The position numbers were made by a program, and so were the translations under genes. Below the pieces are notes generated by a model. That model was not told the DNA's origin, did no database searches, and saw only the letters and a program-made list of their open reading frames with translations. This document shows, piece after piece, positions 28,344 through 37,872 of a DNA stretch of 64,000 bases. Origin of the DNA: Gammaproteobacteria bacterium. GTDB lineage: Bacteria; Pseudomonadota; Gammaproteobacteria; S012-40. Where the stretch lies: NCBI GenBank assembly GCA_029881255.1, contig JAOUMY010000005.1, positions 259,531 to 323,530 on the forward strand. The letters are read 5' to 3'. Every line of letters starts with the position of its first letter. The stretch's first letter is position 1.

Positions 28344-28940
28344 ATGGAAAAAAAACAATATATCGATAGCTTGCGTAAGGATATTGTTTTCAATGCGGAA
28401 TTGGGCGGTTTTCCGTTTACCTTCCACTCAACCTGGGGAATTTTTTCACCCCGAGAAATAGACGAAGGTACTGAATTATTGCTTGAACGCATAAACATCG
28501 CAAAAGAAGCCAATTGTTTTGACCTCGGTTGCGGATACGGCCCTATCGGCCTAACGATGGCACGCATGGCACCGGCAGGCCAGACCATTATGGTCGACAA
28601 GGATTTTATGGCGGTGGAATATGCAAACAAGAATGCAGAATTCAACGGCATCAACAATGCGAAAGCTTTGCTGAGTAACGGGTTTCAACACATTCCCCAA
28701 CAAAGCTACGATGTCATAGCGTCAAACATTCCGGCTAAAGTAGGCAAGGAAATGTTGCAGATTATTATGTATGACACATTCCATCGTTTGTCACCTGGTG
28801 GAAAATTTTATGTCGTAACGATTAATGGTCTAAGAGACTTTATGAAACGACATTTCAAAGAGACATTTGGTAACTACGACAAAGTCAAACAGGGCAAGAA
28901 TTACACTGTAGCGCTGGCAGAAAAGTCAGAATCGAGGTAG
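28344..28940 (+). CDS. Class I SAM-dependent methyltransferase (small RsmC/RsmD-like domain) inserted between cbbQ and cbbO.
   Basis: Motif I DLGCGYGPIGL. Post-I acidic residue in IMVDKD. NIPAKVG is the NPPF/DPPY-type motif region. Confidence 0.65.
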   Translation: MEKKQYIDSLRKDIVFNAELGGFPFTFHSTWGIFSPREIDEGTELLLERINIAKEANCFDLGCGYGPIGLTMARMAPAGQTIMVDKDFMAVEYANKNAEFNGINNAKALLSNGFQHIPQQSYDVIASNIPAKVGKEMLQIIMYDTFHRLSPGGKFYVVTINGLRDFMKRHFKETFGNYDKVKQGKNYTVALAEKSESR

Positions 28941-28942
28941 TC

Positions 28943-31282
28943 ATGAGCGTCGATATCGAAAACTATCGTGAAGTGCTGACCAAAGCAGCACCGGAATTGA
29001 AAAACACCTTGGACGGCATCGTACATGAAGCCGCACGCAACATGTCTCCCGCCGGACTCGAACAATACCTTAACGGCGCCAAGGGTCTAGCAAATCTTGG
29101 GCGCGGTAGCGACATCGTTGTCTCCTTTCTCGAAGACATGCCCAAGGTTGTCAAAGAATGCGGTGACGATATCATCAATGATGTTCTGGCCGCTGCATTA
29201 AAACTGTCCTCCTTGACCTCTGGTCAGGTAATCGCGCTACTCCTGGCGAGTTTGCCAACTGCCGCGAGTCGACTGGGCGATGCCGAATTATTGAAATCTT
29301 ATATCGCACTTGTACACCAGATATCGGCAAAAGCGCCGCGCGGGCTACGTCCAATGTTGGAACACATGGATGAATTGTTATCCAAGCTAACATTGAGTGG
29401 TCTACGTCGATGGGCGAATTTCGGTGCCGAAGCCTATCGCCGTGACTATGTTAATCAAGCGTCATACTTTGCTCTACAAACCGCAGACAGCCTAAAAGTG
29501 CTGCAGAAGGAACGACGTGGAACCTTGTTTATTGACATCCAACGCAAGATAAATTTCTATTTACGCGCCCTATGGGGGCGTGACTTTTTTTTACGCCCAA
29601 CAGCGGCTGACCATGACGGCTTCAAACCTTTTATTGAATCACGTATTCTGCATTTACCCGATGCCTTAGATGACATTGCTGACATTAAGGGCCTTGAGCT
29701 TTATCGCGCTACAGCCGCTCACCTCGCGTCACATATGGTATACACCAAATCGCGAATTTCAGCGGAACAATTATCCCCTGCACAAATGTTTTTCATCGGC
29801 TTAATTGAAGACTCACGAGTTGAGTATCTTGCAATTAAAGAATTCCCGGGACTCAAGAAACTGTGGAAGTCTCTGCTCGATATCGAATTCGAACAGGCGC
29901 CGCAGCATCCAACCATTGCTACATTGGAATACATTGCGCGCATGTTATTGGATGACAGTGTGACTTCCAATGATGCAGACATCCAGGCGTTTGTAGAAAG
30001 ATTTCATGCCAATATAGAAAACAATGCCGAAGATAGTTCTTTCTCATGGCATATGGGTATGGAGTTGTATAATATTTTCGCCGCGCGTCGTGATGTTCCA
30101 AGCCTACGAATCCTGGAGTCGATACGTATCCCTTATCGCGACGACAATCGTTATGTTTGGGAATTCGAAGAATTCGCCTGGGACAAACCAGCCGATTATC
30201 TTGCTGCAGCTATGCAACAGATTCGACGCAAAGTCAGTGTTGTAGAGATGGCAAATGAAGTAGATTGCGAATTGGCCGGCGACGATGCACAGGAAATCTG
30301 GATATGTGAAACAGAAATGTATCCCTATGAGGATGATCTGGAGAATACCCAAAGCTTTAACCAGATGTGGGGTAAGGAACCGATCTCTGAGCCTTTTCAC
30401 TATCAGGAATGGGATTACCAGGTGCAATTGCATCGTCCTGATTGGGCGACTATCTATGAACGCCGTCCTCAAAAAGGCGACCCAGAAGATATCGATCGTA
30501 TATTGCTCGATTACAAACCGGTTACACACCGTATCAAACAGATCATAGACCTTTTACAGCCGGAAGGCGTGCAACGTGTGCGCAATATGGAAGATGGTGA
30601 TGAAATCGATATCAATGCCGCGATTGATGCAATGATCGATATCCGCCAAGGTAGACAGCCAAACACGCGGATTACCATGCGTAACGTGATCAAGAATCGC
30701 GATCTGGCGGTTGTGGTATTACTCGACTTGTCTGAGTCTACTAATGAAACCGTAGAAGGATCAGATAAAACTATTCTTGAACTAACACGTGAAGCTGCAT
30801 CGTTGGTAGCGACTGCAATCAACGGCGTGGGTGATCCTTTTGCAATCCACGGTTTCTCCTCCGATGGACGACACAATGTCCAATATTTCCGGTTCAAGGA
30901 TTTCAATCAAAAGTTTAATGAAGAACCCAAGTCGCGACTTGCCGGAATGAAGGGTGGATTGTCTACTCGAATGGGTGCGGCAATGCGTCACGCCGGACAA
31001 CATTTGCTTCGACAGCAAGAGCGTAAGAAACTGCTTCTTGTCGTTACCGATGGCGAGCCTGCGGATATTGACGAACGCGATCCACAGTATTTACGCCACG
31101 ACACAAAAAAGGCAGTCGAAGAGTTATATGGCAAAGGGATTATGTCTTACTGTCTTACACTAGACCCCGATGCTGATGCCTACGTGAAGCGGATTTTCGG
31201 TGCTAACAATTACACCATTATTGACCACGTACAGCGTTTGCCTGAAAAACTGCCAGTGCTATTCGCATCGCTTACTACTTGA
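28943..31282 (+). CDS. cbbO: CbbO, von Willebrand factor A-domain partner of CbbQ.
   Basis: 779 aa. C-terminal vWA MIDAS motif VVVLLDLSESTNE. Follows cbbQ. Confidence 0.85.
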   Translation: MSVDIENYREVLTKAAPELKNTLDGIVHEAARNMSPAGLEQYLNGAKGLANLGRGSDIVVSFLEDMPKVVKECGDDIINDVLAAALKLSSLTSGQVIALLLASLPTAASRLGDAELLKSYIALVHQISAKAPRGLRPMLEHMDELLSKLTLSGLRRWANFGAEAYRRDYVNQASYFALQTADSLKVLQKERRGTLFIDIQRKINFYLRALWGRDFFLRPTAADHDGFKPFIESRILHLPDALDDIADIKGLELYRATAAHLASHMVYTKSRISAEQLSPAQMFFIGLIEDSRVEYLAIKEFPGLKKLWKSLLDIEFEQAPQHPTIATLEYIARMLLDDSVTSNDADIQAFVERFHANIENNAEDSSFSWHMGMELYNIFAARRDVPSLRILESIRIPYRDDNRYVWEFEEFAWDKPADYLAAAMQQIRRKVSVVEMANEVDCELAGDDAQEIWICETEMYPYEDDLENTQSFNQMWGKEPISEPFHYQEWDYQVQLHRPDWATIYERRPQKGDPEDIDRILLDYKPVTHRIKQIIDLLQPEGVQRVRNMEDGDEIDINAAIDAMIDIRQGRQPNTRITMRNVIKNRDLAVVVLLDLSESTNETVEGSDKTILELTREAASLVATAINGVGDPFAIHGFSSDGRHNVQYFRFKDFNQKFNEEPKSRLAGMKGGLSTRMGAAMRHAGQHLLRQQERKKLLLVVTDGEPADIDERDPQYLRHDTKKAVEELYGKGIMSYCLTLDPDADAYVKRIFGANNYTIIDHVQRLPEKLPVLFASLTT

Positions 31283-31302
31283 TCTCGACACTTTTCTCAC
31301 AT

Positions 31303-31336
31303 AAAACAAACACCACTTTTTAGTGGTGTTTGTTTT
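31303..31336. terminator. Bidirectional terminator between cbbO (+) and the convergent 31341-32594 (-) gene.
   Basis: AAAACAAACACCACT-tttt-AGTGGTGTTTGTTTT. Confidence 0.6.
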
Positions 31337-31340
31337 AGCT

Positions 31341-32594
31341 TCAGTAAATTGCTATGGTCTTCGAAGGCGCATGCAAACCAGACAATACCTTGCCAACTTC
31401 ACGCACGTCGGCAATGGCGAGTCGGCAAGTCCAGGTGCCTGGGCAAACCACCACATCGTTTTCCGCATTTGGAACGTGCAGACCTATACGTTCTAGTTTT
31501 TTCACTAGATCCTGTAATTGCGATTCGACTACATTGGGCAAAACCAGATTCTGGTTTTGAGTGAGTCTTATTTCCTGCAATCCGTATCGACTCAACAGTG
31601 CGTCCAACTGTTCGATGGTCTGAAAAGATAATTCACCTCTTGATAATTTCAAAGGGATTGCGACGTTTCGTGTTTGCCGTTGTGGTACGACTTCGTTCAA
31701 ATCACGAAAGTCGAATATTAGTTTCTCATCGGGTTCACGCCAGTTCTCGCCAACAGCAATCACCGGCACCGCATGTTCGATACGTTTTAACTCGCGCTTA
31801 TAGAGTTCACGCAATTCACCAGCCTCGACTCGCTCCACCAAGTCACTAAAACGTGACTTGGCGTGTTTGCTGCCGTCAGAATTTCGATTGTGCAAATTAA
31901 CTACAGCCTCAACAACTGAAAGTATGTTCCCCTCGTCGATGAATGCCTCCAACTCCACCGCTTCGCGTAGCTTGTGACCTAAGCCACCACCGACGTAAAC
32001 ACGAAATCCGAATCGTTCATTTTTTTTTGTTGCAACAAATGTTAGGTCATGAATCAAGGTCTGGGCACAGTCTTGTTCACAAGCCGAGAAACTTATCCTA
32101 AATTTTCGCGGTAAGTGCTGACAATCCGGGTTGCGCAAAAAATATTGCACTATCGCGTTAACATAGGCCTGCACATCCACATACCCAACCAGGCACACGC
32201 CCGTTAATACACAGGTCGTGATATTGCATATCGTATTACCGCAGGCCTCTCGCGTAGTTAGACCAACTTCGGCTAAACCACGTAGTAGTGACGAAACGTT
32301 TTCGAGTGCTACGAAGTGGAACTGTATATCCCGGCGCTTTGTGACATTTACAAAGGCTTTGTCCGAGTAGCGTCGTCCGAGTTCAGCAATTCGACTTAGT
32401 TGAGTACGAGCAAGCTTACCTCCTGGTACGCGTATCCGAACCGTAAACCTACCGCTCTGGCGCTGCGCGTAGACACCAAGCTGCAGACGACTGGCAACAA
32501 AATCTTCCTCAAAGAGCTCGCCCCGCTCAAAGGCATGACGCTTTTGCTCAAAGCGCGCAATATCCTCGAAAGTGTTTTGTATTGCTGCATTCAT
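31341..32594 (-). CDS. Nitrite/sulfite-reductase-family protein (ferredoxin-like half-domain plus a 4Fe-4S/siroheme-binding domain), about 418 aa. Start placed at the ATG at 32594, which has a GAGGAA RBS.
   Basis: NIR_SIR-ferredoxin-like segment GVYAQRQSGRFTVRIRVPGGKL...QLSRIAELGRRY, then Cys cluster CGNTICNITTC...C...C. A second ferredoxin-like segment lies near the C-terminus. Confidence 0.55.
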   Translation of the reverse strand: MNAAIQNTFEDIARFEQKRHAFERGELFEEDFVASRLQLGVYAQRQSGRFTVRIRVPGGKLARTQLSRIAELGRRYSDKAFVNVTKRRDIQFHFVALENVSSLLRGLAEVGLTTREACGNTICNITTCVLTGVCLVGYVDVQAYVNAIVQYFLRNPDCQHLPRKFRISFSACEQDCAQTLIHDLTFVATKKNERFGFRVYVGGGLGHKLREAVELEAFIDEGNILSVVEAVVNLHNRNSDGSKHAKSRFSDLVERVEAGELRELYKRELKRIEHAVPVIAVGENWREPDEKLIFDFRDLNEVVPQRQTRNVAIPLKLSRGELSFQTIEQLDALLSRYGLQEIRLTQNQNLVLPNVVESQLQDLVKKLERIGLHVPNAENDVVVCPGTWTCRLAIADVREVGKVLSGLHAPSKTIAIY

Positions 32595-32745
32595 CTGCCG
32601 TTTCCTCGACCAAAATAAGTTATATCCCGTCCCTGGGAACCAGCTCCATCTAAAAGCCACATAACAGGAGTAGTTGGAATATAGGCAGAAATGCTTATAA
32701 TCTGAAATAATATATATTAATTTTCTTATACGTTTTTAGATATAT

Positions 32746-33723
32746 ATGAATCTGACACAGTTACGCCATATCGATGCCATAGTAAAAAATGCTTACAACC
32801 TTTCCCGTGCAGCCGAAACGCTGCACACTACACAGCCCGGTGTGAGTACTCAGTTACGCGCTTTGGAAGACGAATTAGGAGTAATGATCTTTGAGCGCAA
32901 AGGCAAACGCATAATAGGCTTAACCGCTGCCGGCGAATCGATCGTCAGCATGAGCCAGGAAATCCTGCAAAAAATTCGTGCAATACGTGCTGTTGGGGAG
33001 GAGTTTAGCCAAGAGAAAAAAGGGACGTTTACCATAGCCACCACTCACACCCAGGCCAGATATGCGCTCCCAGCTATTATCACGCGCTTTGTAAAACGTT
33101 ATCCTGACGTTCAACTGCGTATTCGACAAGGACATCCACAGCAAATTTCCGAAATGGTGATTCAGGGCGATGCTGATATTGCAATTGCAACCGAGGCCAT
33201 CGCATCTTACCAACAGCTGCTTATGTTACCCGTGTATCGCTGGAACCGGTGCCTGATTGCACGCTCCGGACATCCAGTTTTGAAACCACGCAAACCGACG
33301 CTGGACCTGATCGCGCAATTTCCTATCGTGACCTATGACTTTGCCTTTGCCGGCCGTTCCGCGATGAATAAGTCGTTTATTGAGGCAGGACTCAAACCCA
33401 ACATAGTGTTAACTGCAATCGACTCCGACGTTATCAAACACTATGTGGAACTTGGGCTAGGGATAGGTGTACTTGCACATATGGCATACGATGAGAAACG
33501 AGACAAGAAATTGCGCTGCAAAGATGTCAGTCATCTCTTTGATGACAGTGTTACCAGTATCGGTATACGACGCGGCAGTTTTCTACGCGGTTACATGCTC
33601 GAGTTTGTCGAAATGTTTGCACCGCACCTCAGCATTGGACAGATTTCATCGTTACTGACTAAGCATAGTCCGGAACTGGAAAATGAGTTAATGCAAAAGC
33701 TGACAGACTTGCCTTTGCGCTAG
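32746..33723 (+). CDS. LysR-family regulator, CysB-like.
   Basis: HTH LSRAAETLHTTQPGVSTQLRALE; TTHTQARYALP motif typical of CysB-family members. Divergent from the sulfite-reductase-like gene. Confidence 0.75.
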   Translation: MNLTQLRHIDAIVKNAYNLSRAAETLHTTQPGVSTQLRALEDELGVMIFERKGKRIIGLTAAGESIVSMSQEILQKIRAIRAVGEEFSQEKKGTFTIATTHTQARYALPAIITRFVKRYPDVQLRIRQGHPQQISEMVIQGDADIAIATEAIASYQQLLMLPVYRWNRCLIARSGHPVLKPRKPTLDLIAQFPIVTYDFAFAGRSAMNKSFIEAGLKPNIVLTAIDSDVIKHYVELGLGIGVLAHMAYDEKRDKKLRCKDVSHLFDDSVTSIGIRRGSFLRGYMLEFVEMFAPHLSIGQISSLLTKHSPELENELMQKLTDLPLR

Positions 33724-35510
33724 CGAGTCAATAAGTGACAATCATTACAGCCAATAACCTGCCCACTACCGTACTGAATGACGCTACCGGCTTTTGTAAT
33801 AAAGCTACGAGCGGCCAGTGCACGTGATAGATGTGTACCTTCCAGCGACAAGCCATGACAGGATTGGCAACTTTTCGGATCGGCATTGTAAAATCGACCA
33901 TGTTCGGAACCCATCCACTGGGGATCATCAATATTGTGTAGTCCATGGGGGCCATTTAGAGAAACGGGAACGCCTTTTTCATGACATACCTCGCACTGAC
34001 TGATGGTACCGACGTGCCCTTGCAGCTGGATCGGGATCAAATTATCCACCATGCCGGGAATTGAGCTACTCCAAATAGCGTGCGGACTACCATGACAACC
34101 CTGACAGGCCACGCCACCGTGACCAACACTTTGACGATACAACTTATCCGGCTCTTCTGCATAGCGTCGATTAACGGCTAGACGCTGGGTGGCAAACACG
34201 TCGGATTCATCAAAGGTTCTGTTCAACACTATCGAGTCGCCCAAATGCTGAAGCGCATCGCCCGTATGGCAAGACTCGCAACGTGGTTCATCGAGAAACG
34301 GTCTTCGTTGTTCGGATGAACCGACCATAGGGGATTTACCTACCGCGAGCATGCCACCGTGACAGCTTTGGCAGTTGATTCCGCTCTTGCTCATAGCATC
34401 TCTAACATAGGGTGCTTCACGACCGTGACAATACATACAACTGGTATTCCCATCCTCTGGAATATTTTGTGTTTCGTTTGAAACGGCCAACTGATATTGG
34501 TTGTTTAAGGCATGTGCAGCATGTATTGAAATCGACAATGGTAATCGTCGTTGTTGATGAAAGGTTGACGGCCCCAAACCATCCGGATCTGCAACTGGCG
34601 AGTAGTGGCACTCAGCACACATCAGCGGTGTTCTCTTTAATAAATCGAGGCCTGTCGTTGCCCCATGCAATAGCAAAACGTTTTCCTTTCCTTGGTTGTC
34701 GATATCTGAATTTTGACTCCACTCAATATCGATACCCAGACGTTGACTGACGGCATCGTTTGCTGCAATCTCACCCGTCGCATGACAGTGGGCACAATCC
34801 ATTGGTTTAGCCATGGGTAACACAATGTTTGTAGATGCAAGCAAGCGTGGATGTTCTCCGCGAACGATCGCACTAATTTGGAATTGCGGAAAATAGTTTA
34901 GATTACCGTTATCATCTATTGGTGTAATCGGTACCCATGCAGCGGTAAACTCTTTGGTCTTCGCATCAAACAAACCAAATGTTTGTGGAATGTTATTAAG
35001 CCCGGGCATGTTCTGTCCATCAAACAGTAATCCTCGCACCCCGCCATCTAGCGGAATCCGAACTTGATTGCCAAGTAAAAACCGGTATAGCTCGCCGGCA
35101 TGTTCCCAAAAATTCGTCTTGCTGGCGCTGCTGGTATTGATAGAACCATAGCGGTCCATAGTGCCCTGATACTCAAGTTTAACTTCGGTATTATCGAGTA
35201 ATACAGGCAATTGCTTTTTATCGGTAGACGTTTTTATCACCTGAGCCTTGATGAAATTGGCAGGAGGAAATATTGCAAACACCGAAAAATCTTGATCAGG
35301 AAAGGCCATTCCCCTGCGGTTAACCGCAAGTACTTTATAGTGCTCAGTGCCGCCTAGATTGCTGCTTCCATTTGAGTCATTCTTGTGCCGCGATGAAAAG
35401 TCTCTTTCCGCACATCCTCCCAAAGCAATAAGTGAGAACAGCAGAACAAGAAGAAAATTTAGAATTCGTAAAATCGAAGCACTATTCGACATGAAATATT
35501 TGCCAACCAA
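33720..35510 (-). CDS. Nonaheme c-type cytochrome lipoprotein with a ~250-aa heme-free N-terminal domain.
   Basis: Lipobox LIALGGC. Nine CxxCH motifs: CAHCH, CAECH, CMYCH, CQSCH, CESCH, CQGCH, CEVCH, CQSCH, CNDCH, all in the C-terminal ~350 aa. Confidence 0.75.
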   Translation of the reverse strand: MVGKYFMSNSASILRILNFLLVLLFSLIALGGCAERDFSSRHKNDSNGSSNLGGTEHYKVLAVNRRGMAFPDQDFSVFAIFPPANFIKAQVIKTSTDKKQLPVLLDNTEVKLEYQGTMDRYGSINTSSASKTNFWEHAGELYRFLLGNQVRIPLDGGVRGLLFDGQNMPGLNNIPQTFGLFDAKTKEFTAAWVPITPIDDNGNLNYFPQFQISAIVRGEHPRLLASTNIVLPMAKPMDCAHCHATGEIAANDAVSQRLGIDIEWSQNSDIDNQGKENVLLLHGATTGLDLLKRTPLMCAECHYSPVADPDGLGPSTFHQQRRLPLSISIHAAHALNNQYQLAVSNETQNIPEDGNTSCMYCHGREAPYVRDAMSKSGINCQSCHGGMLAVGKSPMVGSSEQRRPFLDEPRCESCHTGDALQHLGDSIVLNRTFDESDVFATQRLAVNRRYAEEPDKLYRQSVGHGGVACQGCHGSPHAIWSSSIPGMVDNLIPIQLQGHVGTISQCEVCHEKGVPVSLNGPHGLHNIDDPQWMGSEHGRFYNADPKSCQSCHGLSLEGTHLSRALAARSFITKAGSVIQYGSGQVIGCNDCHLLTR

Positions 35511-35642
35511 AAAGCTGAAAAGAGCATATATAAGTGTCTTTAAACGCTCATTAAACAGGGCTTGGCAAAGTGGGATAAATCTAAAGAGAAAACAAACAGC
35601 TCTACAGCCTTTCGCGCTGTAGAGCTGCCTGCCATTTCATGT

Positions 35643-36392
35643 TCATGCAGCGCCTTTTGTCTTCTGGCCAAAATAGGCTTTCAGTTGTTCAGCGCCACCA
35701 ATATGCTTTCCTTCTATAAACACCTGGGGAACGGTATCTAGCCCGGTTATGGCGTGTACTGTACGCAGCGAAACATCGTGCGCAAGTGAGATCTCTTCAT
35801 AGGTATAGCCATGCCCGTCCAAAAGTTTTTTGGCTTCCGCACAAAATGGACAACCGGGTCGAGTAAGAATACTCACGGCAGCAGGGACTTCCGCCTGTGG
35901 ATTGATATATCGCAACATGGTATCCGCATCCGACACCTCGAATGGATCACCTGGCACTTCCGGTTCGATAAACATTTTTTCGATCACGCCGTCGCGAACC
36001 AACATCGAATAGCGCCAGGAACGCATACCAAAACCGATGTCGGACTTGTCCACCAACATACCCATAGCGTCGGTAAATTCGCCGTTGCCGTCGGGGATTA
36101 ACGTGAGATTGTCTGCATGTTGATCTTTTTTCCAGGCATCCATAACAAACGCATCATTGACCGACAAACAAACAATGTCATCAATGCCGTTAGCATGAAA
36201 AACTGGAGCGAGATCGTTAAAGCGCGGTACATGAGTGGACGAACATGTGGGCGTAAATGCCCCAGGAAGCGAGAAAAGAACCACAGTTTTGCCTTTAAAT
36301 ATGTCATCACTGCTCACATCCACAAATTCGTTATTAAGACGCGTCTTAAAGACGACTTGGGGGACTTTTCGTCCCTCGCAATTAGTTAACAT
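35643..36392 (-). CDS. Hybrid peroxiredoxin (Prx5-type) fused to glutaredoxin (PGdx).
   Basis: Peroxidatic motif PGAFTPTCS. C-terminal glutaredoxin domain with CPFC and GG. Confidence 0.85.
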   Translation of the reverse strand: MLTNCEGRKVPQVVFKTRLNNEFVDVSSDDIFKGKTVVLFSLPGAFTPTCSSTHVPRFNDLAPVFHANGIDDIVCLSVNDAFVMDAWKKDQHADNLTLIPDGNGEFTDAMGMLVDKSDIGFGMRSWRYSMLVRDGVIEKMFIEPEVPGDPFEVSDADTMLRYINPQAEVPAAVSILTRPGCPFCAEAKKLLDGHGYTYEEISLAHDVSLRTVHAITGLDTVPQVFIEGKHIGGAEQLKAYFGQKTKGAA

Positions 36393-36526
36393 GGTATTCT
36401 CCTTTAGGTTAAGAAAAGCTTAGCTGACTGAATACGGAGACATTATCGTGCGAAACCTACAATAGATATAATCGTTTGTTATTATCCCATGTATCGTTAA
36501 TTCCTATCACCCATAAGCAACTGAAT

Positions 36527-36557
36527 AACAAAGAAAAGAGGGCCTACTTAGGCCCTC
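36527..36557 (-). terminator. Rho-independent terminator for the 36577-36909 gene. Minus strand reads GAGGGCC-taagta-GGCCCTC followed by TTTTCTTT.
   Basis: Hairpin plus U-tract on the minus strand. Confidence 0.5.
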
Positions 36558-36576
36558 GATACTCAGAAATAGGGAC

Positions 36577-36909
36577 TTATGAGCCAAGTGCGCTAGAACA
36601 CGCTTGGGGCGTCATGCCTGATTCCGTTGGCTGCCAACGACGATGCATAAAGCGCCCGAATAAGAGATAGACCAAATACAAATCCACCCCGCCCATCAAA
36701 AGACCACTATTAAACACCGCGTCCAGGCCATGGTTGAAAGCAAACACATCGATCGAAGCGCCTGCCAGTAAAATACTATGAATTAGATTTCCTTTCGTCG
36801 AACGCCCGAACAGGCTTGGAAATCGAATATTTGCATAGGCATAGACCAGATGAAGAAACGCCCCTGCCAACAATATTCCACTTAGATAATCCCACCAATC
36901 GATACTCAT
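36577..36909 (-). CDS. Small membrane protein (3 TM), hypothetical.
   Basis: Hydrophobic helices. No recognisable family. Confidence 0.35.
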   Translation of the reverse strand: MSIDWWDYLSGILLAGAFLHLVYAYANIRFPSLFGRSTKGNLIHSILLAGASIDVFAFNHGLDAVFNSGLLMGGVDLYLVYLLFGRFMHRRWQPTESGMTPQACSSALGS

Positions 36910-37146
36910 AATATTTTCCTCTGTTGATTGTGAAAACCAGTCGTAACTGACTAAGGAAAACTCTAGCAGAGAGTGTTTGGATCAAGGTCTCACACGGGTA
37001 TCAAACGGTTACGAAATATTTCAGACACCCCCTGTGTAATGTATTGTTGCCAACAAGGAGAAAAGAGCCCCACGATCTGGATTCTTGAAATGTGTTGTTA
37101 CACGCCGATCACTGCAAATTTGTCATATCTGGTTTATAGTACCGAT

Positions 37147-37872
37147 ATGCAACAAGCACAGAAACAAGCCCATATTTTGATTGTTGACGATGACAGGGAA
37201 ATTTGTAGCCTGCTCAGTCGGTTTTTGTCTGACAATCACATTCGAACTTCTGTGGCATACAATGCAGCCGAAGCAGAAAACAAATTGGCTGCGGGACGTT
37301 TCGATCTTATTGTTCTCGACTTGATGATGCCAGGCGAAGACGGTCTGTCTTTTTGTCGGCGCTGGCGCATGCAATCAGAAATACCCGTTATTATGCTGAC
37401 GGCTATGGGAGAGGATACGGATCGAATTATCGGCCTGGAAATGGGCGCCGATGATTATCTACCTAAGCCATTTAATCCGCGCGAATTGCTGGCGCGCATT
37501 CGGGCAGTATTGAGACGCCTGCAACACGTTCCGAAATCCGCGTCCGAACATGCTACACACAGTTTTCGATTCGAGGGGTGGCGACTCGATGCAGCCAAAC
37601 GTGAATTACACAATCCGGACGGAGTGCTGGTTAGTCTAACCTCCGGTGAATTCGATTTGCTGCAAACCTTTGTCGAACATCCGCAACGCATACTCAATCG
37701 CGATCAACTTCTCGACCTGACCAAGGGGCGTGACAGCATACCCTTTGATCGTAGTATTGATGTTCAGCTCAGCCGACTCAGACAAAAAATCGAGCACGAT
37801 CCAAAGCAGCCCCAATTGATCAAAACCATTCGTAACAGCGGATATATGTTCACGCCTGAAGTAGAGTCGTGA
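37147..37872 (+). CDS. OmpR-family response regulator (receiver plus winged-helix). Start is the ATG at 37147; the ORF track extends upstream without support.
   Basis: Receiver ILIVDDD...LIVLDLMMPGEDG...MLTA. C-terminal OmpR/PhoB DNA-binding domain. Confidence 0.85.
   Translation: MQQAQKQAHILIVDDDREICSLLSRFLSDNHIRTSVAYNAAEAENKLAAGRFDLIVLDLMMPGEDGLSFCRRWRMQSEIPVIMLTAMGEDTDRIIGLEMGADDYLPKPFNPRELLARIRAVLRRLQHVPKSASEHATHSFRFEGWRLDAAKRELHNPDGVLVSLTSGEFDLLQTFVEHPQRILNRDQLLDLTKGRDSIPFDRSIDVQLSRLRQKIEHDPKQPQLIKTIRNSGYMFTPEVES

Noticed and set aside
28262-28657. A 131-aa minus-strand ORF.
   Set aside because: It overlaps the well-supported SAM-methyltransferase gene on the opposite strand.
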